From Planctomycetota bacterium (lineage in GTDB: Bacteria > Planctomycetota > UBA11346), in NCBI GenBank assembly GCA_035627695.1, contig DASPLE010000058.1, positions 43,423-107,422 of the forward strand: a stretch of DNA of 64,000 nt. The letters are read 5' to 3'. Below, piece after piece: positions 10,868 through 19,846 of this stretch; the first letter of the stretch is position 1, and each line of letters opens with the position of its first letter. The position numbers and the translations under genes were made by a program. The notes beneath the pieces were generated by a model that was not told the origin of the DNA, did no database searches, and saw only the letters and a list, made by a program, of their open reading frames with translations.

Positions 10868-12556
10868 ATGTCCCTCCTCGTTCTCCTTCCAACCGAGGTC
10901 GCACCCGTGCCCAACGCCCGCTGCCGTTCCCTCCTCCTCGCCCGCATCGCCGGAATCGCCGGCTGCGCCGCCCTGGTCGGCGCCGCGCAGGCGGCCGAGA
11001 ACACCGCCGTCGGGCCGCGCGCCCTGGGCATGGGCGGAGCGGGCGTCGCGGTCACCGACGGCGCAGCGAGCCAGCACCACAACCCGGCGGTGTTCGGCTT
11101 CTTCGCCTACGGTCGCGAGCGCGCGGCCGATGCCGCGGTCGCCGATCCGGTGGCGCCGGCCACGCCCGAGAGCGACCCGCAGGCGGCGCCCGCCGCTCCG
11201 GCCGCCGACCCCGCCTCGCCCCCCGAGCCGGCCGCGATGCCGGCGCCGGTCGACGAGCCGATCACCGCGACCACGGAGCGGTTCGCGTCCGACAACAACG
11301 ACCTCCTGCGCAAGGACTGGGGCGTGCACGTCGACGCGCACATCGGCTACCGGTCGCACGAGCAGTTCGTCGCCTACATCGACCAGATCGACCAGGTCGA
11401 CTTCGACGCGCTCACCGGCTCGGCGATCACCGCCAGCACCAGCCTGCGCGACCTGACCAAGCTCGGCAACGCGTTCGTCAACATCGACGATCCGGGCAAC
11501 GCCATGACCCTCGACGGCACCGGCGGCGCGGCCGTGCGCATCTGGCGCTTCGGCCTCGGCGTGCGCGGCTTCGGCGAGACCGCGGCGCGCGTCGACGAGA
11601 TCGACCTCGTCAACGTCGGCCTGCCGTCGACCCTGGCGACGCCGACCTTCGCCTCGGCGGTCAACGCCTCGGGCGATCCGGAGGACAACCAGATCCTGCT
11701 GCTCGATCCCGGCCTGGTCGCCGCGTTCGGTGGCGGCGCCGCCGCGACCAACGCGGTGGAGCGCCTCGATTTCGCCGCGCGCCAGGAAGGCGTCACCGCC
11801 AGCGAGGCGCAGGAGCTCAGCCTGCTCTACGCGGCGATGAACGCGCAGTACGGCACGGCGAACCAGTTCGAGGACAACACCACCGCCATCACCCTGCGCA
11901 GCGTCTCGGTCGCCGAGGTGCCGCTGACCTACGGCCATCCGCTGAGCGAGCACCTCTCGGTCGGCGGCAGCGTGAAGCTGATGATCGGCAAGGTCTACGG
12001 CACGCAGGTGCGGGTCTTCGACGAGGATCTCGAGGACGCGCTCAAGAGCGCCGACGACGACTACGAGCAGACGGTCAACGTCGGCATCGACCTGGGCGTC
12101 ATGGCGCGCATGCCGATGTTCCAGGTCGGGCTGACGGCGCGGAACATCAACGCGCCGAAGTTCGACGGGCCGACCATCGACGGGCGCGCCTACGACGACT
12201 GGACGGTCGATCCGCAGGTCACGCTCGGCCTCGGCTTCATCCCGTGGACCTGGCTGACCGTCGCGCTCGACTGCGATCTGATCGCCACCGACACCATCCT
12301 CGACGGCTACGAGTCGCAGCGGCTCGGCGCCGGCATCGAGATCGAGCCGTGGCGCTTCATCGCGCTGCGCGCGGGGCTGTCGGACAACATCGCCGAATCG
12401 TCGGACGACTTCCTCGTCCACGCCGGCCTGGGCGTCAACCTGTGGGCGGTGCGCATCGATGTCGCCGGGGCGATGTCGCTCGAGACCGTCGAGGTCGACG
12501 ACGAGGAGTCGCCGACCGAGGCGCGCGCGTCGCTCGGGGTTTCGGTCGACTTCTGA
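10868..12556 (+). CDS. outer-membrane beta-barrel protein, FadL/TodX-like (N-terminal GMGGAG...NPA motif, C-terminal Phe)
   Basis: signal-peptide-like N-terminus, ALGMGGAGVAVTDGAASQHHNPAV motif typical of FadL family, alternating hydrophobic pattern, terminal ...SVDF; exact start uncertain. Confidence 0.5.
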   Translation: MSLLVLLPTEVAPVPNARCRSLLLARIAGIAGCAALVGAAQAAENTAVGPRALGMGGAGVAVTDGAASQHHNPAVFGFFAYGRERAADAAVADPVAPATPESDPQAAPAAPAADPASPPEPAAMPAPVDEPITATTERFASDNNDLLRKDWGVHVDAHIGYRSHEQFVAYIDQIDQVDFDALTGSAITASTSLRDLTKLGNAFVNIDDPGNAMTLDGTGGAAVRIWRFGLGVRGFGETAARVDEIDLVNVGLPSTLATPTFASAVNASGDPEDNQILLLDPGLVAAFGGGAAATNAVERLDFAARQEGVTASEAQELSLLYAAMNAQYGTANQFEDNTTAITLRSVSVAEVPLTYGHPLSEHLSVGGSVKLMIGKVYGTQVRVFDEDLEDALKSADDDYEQTVNVGIDLGVMARMPMFQVGLTARNINAPKFDGPTIDGRAYDDWTVDPQVTLGLGFIPWTWLTVALDCDLIATDTILDGYESQRLGAGIEIEPWRFIALRAGLSDNIAESSDDFLVHAGLGVNLWAVRIDVAGAMSLETVEVDDEESPTEARASLGVSVDF

Positions 12557-12573
12557 GGGACCGGCCGCTCGCG

Positions 12574-12676
12574 GCTCGAAGCTCGAAGTTCGAAGCGCGA
12601 GGCTCGAAGCTCGAAGCTCGAAGCTCGAAGCTCGAAGCTCGAAGCTCGAAGCTCGAAGCTCGAAGCTCGAGCTTCG
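12574..12676. repeat. heptanucleotide tandem array (GCTCGAA)n ~14 units, between convergent gene ends
   Basis: direct reading: gctcgaagctcgaagctcgaag...; begins 18 nt after OMP stop and ends 7 nt before LysR-gene stop. Confidence 0.9.
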
Positions 12677-12682
12677 CGCCAC

Positions 12683-13627
12683 CTACCGCGCCGGCTGCAC
12701 CCGATCGCGCGGCACCGACGTCCGCATCACCGACGCCAGCTCGCGGTACGCATCGCCGCGCGGATCGTTGCGCCGCCAGTAGACCGCGATCGTCCGCCGC
12801 GTGCGCCGGCCGCTGATCGGTCTGAGCGCGATGCGCTCGTCGTCGCCCGTCGCCAGCGCGGGCAGCAGGGTCACGCCGCGGCCGAGCGCGACCAGGCTCT
12901 TGAGCGTCTCCAGGCTGGTCGCGCCGTAGTCGGCGCCGGTGCGACGCGCGTCGCCGCGCAGCCGGCAGAGCTCCAGCGCCTGCTCGCGCAGGCAGTGGCC
13001 CTCGTCGAGCAGCAGCAGGCGCTCGCCGGCGAGCTCGGCCGGCGTCACCTCGTCGGCGCGCGCTAGCGCATGGCGCTTCGGCAGGGCCGCCAGGAACGGT
13101 TCGTCGTAGAGGGCGACGACCTCGTGCCCGGCGTCGAGACCGGGCATCACCGCCATCAGCGCGAGGTCGATGCGGCCGCGGTCGAGGCGTTCGACCATTT
13201 CGGCGGTGGTGCCCTCGACGATCGGCAGGTCGAGGTCCGGCCAGCGCGCCTCGAGCGCGTGCGCCAGGAACGGCAGCGCGTACGGGCCGACCGTCGGGAT
13301 CACGCCGAGGCGCACGGGGCCGAAGAACGGCGGCGTCGCCGTGCCGGCGGCATGCTCGAGAGCCTCGAGCGCGGCGAGCGCGGCGCGCGCCTGCGCGACC
13401 ACGCGCTCGCCGGCGGGCGTGGTCCTGACCCCCGATCCCGACCGTTCGAAGGCCTGCATGGCCATGCGCCGCTCCCACTGCTGGATCTGCGCGCTGAGGG
13501 TCGGCTGCGAGACGCCGCAGGCGGCGGCGGCGCGCCCGAAGTGGTGATGGTCGGCGAGCGCCACCAGGTAGCGCAGGACCGGGAGCGTGGTCGCCTTGGG
13601 ATCGAAGATCCCGTCTATCGCCGCCAT
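12683..13627 (-). CDS. oxyR: LysR-family regulator, OxyR-like (peroxide sensor)
   Basis: LysR HTH (FGRAAAACGVSQPTLSAQIQQWE); OxyR redox-Cys pair context LLDEGHCLREQALELC (Cys-x8-Cys like C199/C208); divergent from zupT-dps. Confidence 0.7.
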   Translation of the reverse strand: MAAIDGIFDPKATTLPVLRYLVALADHHHFGRAAAACGVSQPTLSAQIQQWERRMAMQAFERSGSGVRTTPAGERVVAQARAALAALEALEHAAGTATPPFFGPVRLGVIPTVGPYALPFLAHALEARWPDLDLPIVEGTTAEMVERLDRGRIDLALMAVMPGLDAGHEVVALYDEPFLAALPKRHALARADEVTPAELAGERLLLLDEGHCLREQALELCRLRGDARRTGADYGATSLETLKSLVALGRGVTLLPALATGDDERIALRPISGRRTRRTIAVYWRRNDPRGDAYRELASVMRTSVPRDRVQPAR

Positions 13628-13815
13628 AGTCGCCGCTCCGATGCCGGGACGCCCCGACGCGCATGATGACCGTTGTCAGGGGAGTCTGCGATGCCCGCCG
13701 TTCACGCCATCACCGCTTCCTCGGCCTCGGCGCGTCCCGGCCATGACGAGAGCCTGGCCGTCCGGCGTGGTGAGCCGGCGCCCGCGGTGGACCATGGTCG
13801 GCTCGGGGAGCGACC

Positions 13816-14553
13816 GTGCTGACCGCCGCCACCATCGACGCCGTGGTCATCACCGGCGCCGCCTCGCTCGCCGGCGGGTTCGGCGCGTTCATCCGCGGGC
13901 TCTCGCCGCGTGCCACCGCCGCCGCGTTCGGCGTCGCCGGCGGCATGATGCTGGCCGCATCGCTGCTCGCCCTGCTGCCGCAGGCCCTGGCGCAGGTGCC
14001 GACGACCGGCGGCGGCCTGGGCGTGGTCGGAGGATTCCTCGCCGGAGTCGCGGCCATGTGGCTGCTCGATCTCGTGGTGCCCCACCAGCACCCGGACGAG
14101 TCGGCCGCCGACCACGGCGTCTCGGCGCTACGGCCGGCGCTGCTGATCACCCTCGCGATCGGCCTGCACAACCTCCCCGAAGGCGCCGCCGTCGGCCTGG
14201 CCGCGGCGGGCGGCGAAGGCGGCCGGGTCACCTGGGCCATCGCCGTCCAGAACGTCGTCGAGGGCCTGCTCGTCGCGGTGCCGCTGCGCCTCGCCGGCCT
14301 GCCGCGCTGGGCGGCGTTCGGGCTGGCCGCCGTCGCCGCCGCGGCCGAGATCGGCGCGGCGCTGCTCGCCGGGGCGATCGCCGGCGATGGCGTGGTCGTG
14401 CTCGCACTCGGCATGGCCTTCGCCGCCGGCGCGATGTGCTACGTCGTCTTCGAGGAGCTGATGCCCGCCGCCAACCGCACCGGCCACGGCAACGCCGCGT
14501 CGCTCGGCGCCTCCGCCGGCATCGCCGTCACCCTCGCGCTCGGCGTCGTCTGA
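13816..14553 (+). CDS. zupT: ZIP-family zinc/iron transporter (ZupT-like)
   Basis: multi-TM, HNLPEG motif, HxxxE-type metal site; GTG start. Confidence 0.75.
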   Translation: MLTAATIDAVVITGAASLAGGFGAFIRGLSPRATAAAFGVAGGMMLAASLLALLPQALAQVPTTGGGLGVVGGFLAGVAAMWLLDLVVPHQHPDESAADHGVSALRPALLITLAIGLHNLPEGAAVGLAAAGGEGGRVTWAIAVQNVVEGLLVAVPLRLAGLPRWAAFGLAAVAAAAEIGAALLAGAIAGDGVVVLALGMAFAAGAMCYVVFEELMPAANRTGHGNAASLGASAGIAVTLALGVV

Positions 14554-14601
14554 CGCCGCCCAGGCGACCGCCTCGACCATCCCACCATCACGGAGAACGA
14601 C

Positions 14602-15063
14602 ATGGCCAAGACCTCATCCGCCCCGAAGGGCAACGATCTGAGCAAGGCGCTGAGCCGCATCCTCGCCGACACCTACGCGCTGGCGGTGAAGACCCACGGC
14701 GCGCACTGGAACGTCACCGGCCCGGCCTTCTTCAGCCTGCACGAGGCGTTCAGCGTGCAGTACCTGGCGCTGTTCGAGGCCGCCGACGACATCGCCGAGC
14801 GCCTGCGCGCGCTGGGCGCGTCGGCGCCGAGCGGCATCGCCGAGATCGCCGGCGCGTCGACGCTGCCGGCGTCCCCGTCCTCGAGCGACGGCGTGGCCCT
14901 GGCCGGCGCGCTCGCTGCCGACCACCGGTCCGTCGCCAAGGCCTGCCGCGAGGGCGTCGCCGTGGCCCAAGCCGCCGGCGACGAACCCTCGGCGGACCTC
15001 CTCATCGGCCGCGCCGAGGCGCACGAGAAGACCGCCTGGATGCTCGGCGCCGCGGCGACCTGA
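14602..15063 (+). CDS. dps: Dps (DNA-binding ferritin-like protein)
   Basis: 153 aa ferritin-like; HEAF...E ferroxidase-type residues; good SD GGAGA 6 nt upstream. Confidence 0.85.
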   Translation: MAKTSSAPKGNDLSKALSRILADTYALAVKTHGAHWNVTGPAFFSLHEAFSVQYLALFEAADDIAERLRALGASAPSGIAEIAGASTLPASPSSSDGVALAGALAADHRSVAKACREGVAVAQAAGDEPSADLLIGRAEAHEKTAWMLGAAAT

Positions 15064-15105
15064 GCGTCCGGTTGCGCGCCCGCGTTCGCCAGGCGAGCAT
15101 CGTGC

Positions 15106-16554
15106 ATGCTCGCCGCCTTCCGTTCCGGTGATGCGCGCGCAACGCGCTGGCTGGGCGCCGAAGCGACGACCGATGCGTCGGCGTTCGCGCGCGGCTTCGC
15201 CTGGCGCGGGGACCGCGCGGCGCTGGCGGCGATCCTCGACCAGGCGGTGGCGGACGGCGGACGGCAGGCGCGCGTGGCGGTCGCGCGCCTGCGCGGCGAT
15301 GGCGTCGCGATCGTCGCCGGCCAGCAGCCCGCGGTCGGCGGAGGCCCCCTCTACACGCTGGTCAAGGCGGCCCAGGCGGTGGCGACCGCGCGCGCGCTCG
15401 CTGCCGCCGGCGTCGGCGCATCGGCGGTGTTCTGGTGCGCGTCCGAGGACCACGACCTCGGCGAGGCCGATCACGCCGACCTCATCCGCCGCGACGGCCG
15501 GATCGACCGCGTGCGCGTCGATCTCGGCGACGGCCGCGCCAGCCTGCGCTTCCGCGCCGCCGCGCCGGCGTTCGCGGCCGTCGTCGCGCGCCTGCACGCC
15601 GACCACGGCGACGGGCTCGGCTCGGCCTGGCTGCGCGCGCACGCGCCGCGCGCCGACGAGCGCCTCGGCGGCTGGCTGTGCCGCCTGCTGATGGAGGCCT
15701 TCGCCGCGCACGGCCTGATCGCGGTCGAGGCGCATCGCCTGCGTCCGCTGTGGGCGACGCGCCTCGCGCGCGCCATCGACGCGTGGCCGGCGCGCGAGCT
15801 CGCCGAGCTGCGCCGCGAGATCACCGCAGCCGGCCATGCCGACGCGCTCGGCGCGCTCGACGATCCGCCGCTGTTCCGCGATGCGCCGGACGGCCGCGAG
15901 CCGCTGGATCCCGGCGCGGCGCGCGCCCTGCTCGTCAGCGATCCGCTCGCGCTGAGTCCCGGCGCCGCGCTGCGCCCGGCCCTGCAGCAGGTGGCGCTCC
16001 CGGCGGCGTGCGCGGTGCTCGGTCCGGGCGAGCTCGCCTACCACGCCGTGCTCGGCCCGGTCTACGCCGCGCTCGACGTGCCGCGGCCGTTGCCGCTGCC
16101 GCGCGTCTCGGTCGCGCTGGTGCCAGGATGGCTCGAGCGCGCCGCCGAAGCGTGGGGCGTCGCGGTCGACGCGCTGACCGCGGACGCCGCGCCGCCGTCC
16201 TACCCGGCCCCGCTGGCGCACGAACTCGAACGCATCGAGGCCGCGCTCGCCGATCTGGCGCGCGCCGGCGGTTCGCTGCCCGGCGACCTGCCCCGCCGCG
16301 CCGCCGCCGGCCACGCCCGCCTGACCCGCGAACTCGAACGCCTGCGCGCCTCGCTCGCCCGCGGCGAACGCCGCCGCGCGGGGCGCCCGCCGTTCGGCAC
16401 GCTGACCGGCTGGCTGTTCCCGCGCGGCGAGCCGCAGGACCGCGTCATGAGCCTGTGCCAGGCGTTGTGGCTCTATGGTCCGGGACTGGCCGACACGCTG
16501 GTCGAGGCGGTGGCGATCACGGCGGCGGGTGACCGGCGACTGATCAGGGTGTGA
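15106..16554 (+). CDS. BshC/YllA-family protein (bacillithiol biosynthesis cysteine-adding enzyme homolog)
   Basis: highly characteristic N-terminal motif VAIVAGQQPAVGGGPLYTLVKA (cf. BshC VVTGQQ.GLF.GPLYT), 482 aa. Confidence 0.55.
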   Translation: MLAAFRSGDARATRWLGAEATTDASAFARGFAWRGDRAALAAILDQAVADGGRQARVAVARLRGDGVAIVAGQQPAVGGGPLYTLVKAAQAVATARALAAAGVGASAVFWCASEDHDLGEADHADLIRRDGRIDRVRVDLGDGRASLRFRAAAPAFAAVVARLHADHGDGLGSAWLRAHAPRADERLGGWLCRLLMEAFAAHGLIAVEAHRLRPLWATRLARAIDAWPARELAELRREITAAGHADALGALDDPPLFRDAPDGREPLDPGAARALLVSDPLALSPGAALRPALQQVALPAACAVLGPGELAYHAVLGPVYAALDVPRPLPLPRVSVALVPGWLERAAEAWGVAVDALTADAAPPSYPAPLAHELERIEAALADLARAGGSLPGDLPRRAAAGHARLTRELERLRASLARGERRRAGRPPFGTLTGWLFPRGEPQDRVMSLCQALWLYGPGLADTLVEAVAITAAGDRRLIRV

Positions 16555-16688
16555 GGGAGGCCGTGCGGCGCCGAGCACGCCGCTCGAATCGCGGTTCTGG
16601 ATCCGTCAGCCGGATATTCGCCTACCGGTCGGTCCGATGCGATGTCAGGCGGGGGTCCGCGCGGCTGGACGCATCGGACGAGTCCGAT

Positions 16689-17084
16689 CTACGTCGGTTC
16701 GATGGGCGCCGCGTACGGATTGGGATCACTGCCGGGCTGAAGTCGATCCCCCGCGACTCCGCTCGCATCGCCGGATCCGCTGTCGCGATCAGCATATTTT
16801 CCGCCGACGAGTTCCTTGATGAAGATGAGCCATACGACGGAAGCGAAAACGCCGAGCACTTCCCAGAGGAAGTAATGGATCGCATACTCGTTGTCCGTCA
16901 TGACCGATATGCCGAGCGAGTGGAGCATCTGCTTGGACCAGACGATCAGGAAGAGGAATTCGGCGATGCCGATCGCGAGAACCGTTTTCGTCCGCCGGCA
17001 TCTGCGAAAGACGACGACCACCGTCAGCAGTCCCACCACCGCGGCGATCGGACTGAGAAGATACTGGGCGACGAGATCGATCAT
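16689..17084 (-). CDS. small membrane protein, hypothetical; sits in a ~550-bp low-GC islet
   Basis: 131 aa with 2-3 hydrophobic helices; codon usage AT-richer than all neighbours. Confidence 0.4.
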   Translation of the reverse strand: MIDLVAQYLLSPIAAVVGLLTVVVVFRRCRRTKTVLAIGIAEFLFLIVWSKQMLHSLGISVMTDNEYAIHYFLWEVLGVFASVVWLIFIKELVGGKYADRDSGSGDASGVAGDRLQPGSDPNPYAAPIEPT

Positions 17085-17112
17085 GTGTGATGGCTGACGA
17101 CCGGCATTGCCC

Positions 17113-17499
17113 TCAGCCGAAGATCCGCTCCAGCTTCGACGCCTCCGGCGACAGCAGCACGTACGCCGCGCCGCCGAATGCGACCAGCGCCGCGATCGAC
17201 TTGTAGACCACCCACCCCCAGCCATGGCTGATGCGGTCGGCGTCGCCGGCGGCCTGGCGCAGGCGGATCCGCTGCACGGTGTCGACGGCGATCGCGATCA
17301 GGCGCAGCCCCGAGAGGATCAGGAACACGCCGAGCACCGGCAGCAGCGGGAACGCACCGGTCGCGTAGTGCACGATGACCCCGACCAGGATGTCGAGCAG
17401 CATCAGCCCGGCGCACACCAGGACGACGGTGTTGATCCAGCGCTTCGCCGGCGCCGGCGGGATCTCCGACTGCGGCGGCGCGAACGGATCGGTGGTCAC
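17113..17499 (-). CDS. small membrane protein, hypothetical, translationally coupled (GTGA overlap) to transketolase stop
   Basis: ~128 aa, 3 predicted TM helices; GTG start overlapping tkt TGA. Confidence 0.4.
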   Translation of the reverse strand: MTTDPFAPPQSEIPPAPAKRWINTVVLVCAGLMLLDILVGVIVHYATGAFPLLPVLGVFLILSGLRLIAIAVDTVQRIRLRQAAGDADRISHGWGWVVYKSIAALVAFGGAAYVLLSPEASKLERIFG

Positions 17500-19571
17500 G
17501 CCAGCTTCTTCGCCGCGGCGACGATGCCGTCGACGCCGATGCCGTGCTTCTTGTAGAGCTCGTCGGCCGAGTACGCGCTCTGGCCGAACTCGCCGCGCAC
17601 GCCGAGCACGCGGATGCGCACCTGCGCGCCGGCCTCGGTCAGCGCGTGCAGCAGCATCGCGCCGGCGCCGCCGATCGCCTGGTGGTCCTCGACGGTGACC
17701 AGGCGGTTGCCGCACTTCGCCAGCGCGGCCTGGTGGCCGGCGACGTCCGGATGGTTCGGCGTCGCGTTGTTGAGCACGATCGCGCCGATGCCGTCGGCGG
17801 CGAGCTTCTCGGCGGCCTTGATCGCGTGCGCGACCAGGCTGCCGTTGGCGCTGATGACGACGCTGGTGGCCTTGCCGGCGGTGGTGTCGGCGACGGTCAT
17901 CGCCGTGCCCCACTGGTACTTCACGCCCTCCGGCTTGAGCGTCACCGGGAAGTTCTCGCGGCCGCAGAAGAACAGCACGCTGTCGGGATGCTTGTCGGCG
18001 CGGCGCTCGGCGGCGAAGCGCTCGATGGCGTGGCCCATCGCCCACTCGGCCTCCTCGGCGGACGCCGGGCAGTACTGCTGGACGTGCGGGATCGCGCCCG
18101 ACATCGCCAGGTACATCAGGCCCTGGTGCGACGCGCCGTCGGCCGCGTCCTGGAAGCCGGTGTGGGTGAACACGGCGATCACGCCGGCCTGGCTGAGGTT
18201 GGCCATGCACAGCGGCAGGAGGCCCTTGGTGACCCCGAACTGGACGAAGGTGTCGACCACCGGGATGTAGCCCTGCTTCGACATGCCGGCGGCGGTCGAG
18301 ACCATGTTCGATTCGGCGATGCCGACCTCGAACGACAGCTGCGGGTACTTGGCGCGGAACGGCGCGACGCCGGTCGAACCCTGCAGGTCGGCGCTGACCG
18401 ACACGATCGGCAGGCCCTTGTCCGCCGCGGCGATCATCGCCTTGGGGAAGCCGGCCTGGATCTTGTCCTTCTTCACCGAGGGCGCCGGCGAGGACGGGCC
18501 CTGCTTGGCCTTCTCCTGCTTCGCGGCCCAGGTCGTCTCGATCTCCTTGCACCACGACTCGAACTCGGGCGCCAGCGGGCGGCCGGCGTTGATCTCGGTG
18601 ACGAAGGCGCGCAGCTCGTCGCCCTTGGCGAGCGGGAAGCCGTGACCGCCGGCGGCGGCCTTGATGGTCTTCTCGACGCCGAAGCCCTTGATGGTCTTGG
18701 CCCACAGCACGACCGGCTTCTTCGGATCCGCCTCGGCCTTGGCGATCGCGGTCTCGACGGCGGTGAAGGCCGACTGCAGGTCGTTGCCCTTCTCGCACTT
18801 GACCACGTTCCAACCCTGCGCCTCGAGCGAGGAGAAGTACGGCTGCATGCTGAACGCATCGGCGTCGATGCGGCCGGAGAGCTTGGTGTTGTTGTCGCTG
18901 ACCACGAGCACGAACGGCGCGCACAGGCCCTTGGCGGCGAAGCCCGGGATGGCGCTGACCGCCTCCTTGGCCTCGCCCTCCATCATGCCGCCATCCGAGA
19001 TGACGCAGATCGTGGTGCGCGCGATGTCGGCGAGGCGGTCGGCGATCGCCAGGCCCTGGGCGACCGGGATCGACGAGCCGAGCGGCCCGTTCGAGATCAT
19101 CACGCCGTCCGGGAAGAGGTGGCTCTCGCCGTGGCCGGTGAGCTTCGAGGAGATCGAGCGGAACCCGCGCAGGTCGGTCAGCTTCATGCAGGCGAAGCCG
19201 TAGTTCGCCTTGAGCGCGTAGACGCCGTTCTCGGTGTGCCCGGCGTCGTTGGCGAAGTTGTACTTCTGGTGCCAGACAGGCGCGGCGAACATGATGCCGT
19301 GGATCGACGACATGAGCTCGGCCAGCGCGGCGGGACCGCCCCAGTGGCAGGCCGCTCCGCCGAGCGTCGCGTCCATGTCCATGAGCGCGACCATGGTGCG
19401 CGTCGCGACCGGATCGGCGACGGTCAGCGTCGAGCCGTCGGCGCGCCTGACGGTCGCCGCGAACCGCGGCGCTCCCGGCGGGTTGCCCGCGAGCGGATTG
19501 CGATGGGCGAGGCCCTTGCGGTGGCGCTGCTCGGGCGGGACTTCGGCGGCGGCGGTGAGTTCGGCGGCCAT
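17496..19571 (-). CDS. tkt: transketolase
   Basis: TPP-binding N-domain (HWGGPAALAELMSSIHG...), ISDGGMMEGEAKEA, FTHTGFQDAADGASHQG; 692 aa from ATG at 19571. Confidence 0.85.
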   Translation of the reverse strand: MAAELTAAAEVPPEQRHRKGLAHRNPLAGNPPGAPRFAATVRRADGSTLTVADPVATRTMVALMDMDATLGGAACHWGGPAALAELMSSIHGIMFAAPVWHQKYNFANDAGHTENGVYALKANYGFACMKLTDLRGFRSISSKLTGHGESHLFPDGVMISNGPLGSSIPVAQGLAIADRLADIARTTICVISDGGMMEGEAKEAVSAIPGFAAKGLCAPFVLVVSDNNTKLSGRIDADAFSMQPYFSSLEAQGWNVVKCEKGNDLQSAFTAVETAIAKAEADPKKPVVLWAKTIKGFGVEKTIKAAAGGHGFPLAKGDELRAFVTEINAGRPLAPEFESWCKEIETTWAAKQEKAKQGPSSPAPSVKKDKIQAGFPKAMIAAADKGLPIVSVSADLQGSTGVAPFRAKYPQLSFEVGIAESNMVSTAAGMSKQGYIPVVDTFVQFGVTKGLLPLCMANLSQAGVIAVFTHTGFQDAADGASHQGLMYLAMSGAIPHVQQYCPASAEEAEWAMGHAIERFAAERRADKHPDSVLFFCGRENFPVTLKPEGVKYQWGTAMTVADTTAGKATSVVISANGSLVAHAIKAAEKLAADGIGAIVLNNATPNHPDVAGHQAALAKCGNRLVTVEDHQAIGGAGAMLLHALTEAGAQVRIRVLGVRGEFGQSAYSADELYKKHGIGVDGIVAAAKKLA

Positions 19572-19584
19572 GGCAAACCTCGTT

Positions 19585-19619
19585 GGGGCCCGTTCCGTGG
19601 GCGGCGGAGCCCCGTTTTT
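19585..19619 (+). terminator. intrinsic-terminator-like hairpin (8-bp stem with 1 bulge, GGGGCCCG...CGGaGCCCC) followed by TTTTT, in divergent tkt/19847 intergenic region
   Basis: read directly; T5 tract is unusual in this GC-rich DNA; no plus-strand gene upstream, so function unclear (see finding). Confidence 0.35.
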
Positions 19620-19846
19620 CCAGGGCGCCGCCGAGCATGGAGACGGCTCACCGGCCAGCAAGACGCCCGGCGCGCGGTGGACGGATCCGGCGGCGGTCGA
19701 CGACGTCGCTGGGCCTACGCAGCACCGATCGCTGCTGCGACCGGAGCGCGGATGGCGGACCGGGCCGCGGCCGCGCCGTTCACACGCGCGCACGGCGGAT
19801 GAAAAGGTACGCCTGGCCGCGACCGCCGGCGCGGGACGATGCCGCC

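Noticed and set aside
16555-16690. Possible tRNA or ncRNA in the intergenic region (GGTTCGATGG T-loop-like string)
   Set aside because: I could not build an acceptor, D or anticodon cloverleaf around it. No CCA end or conserved tRNA positions were found.
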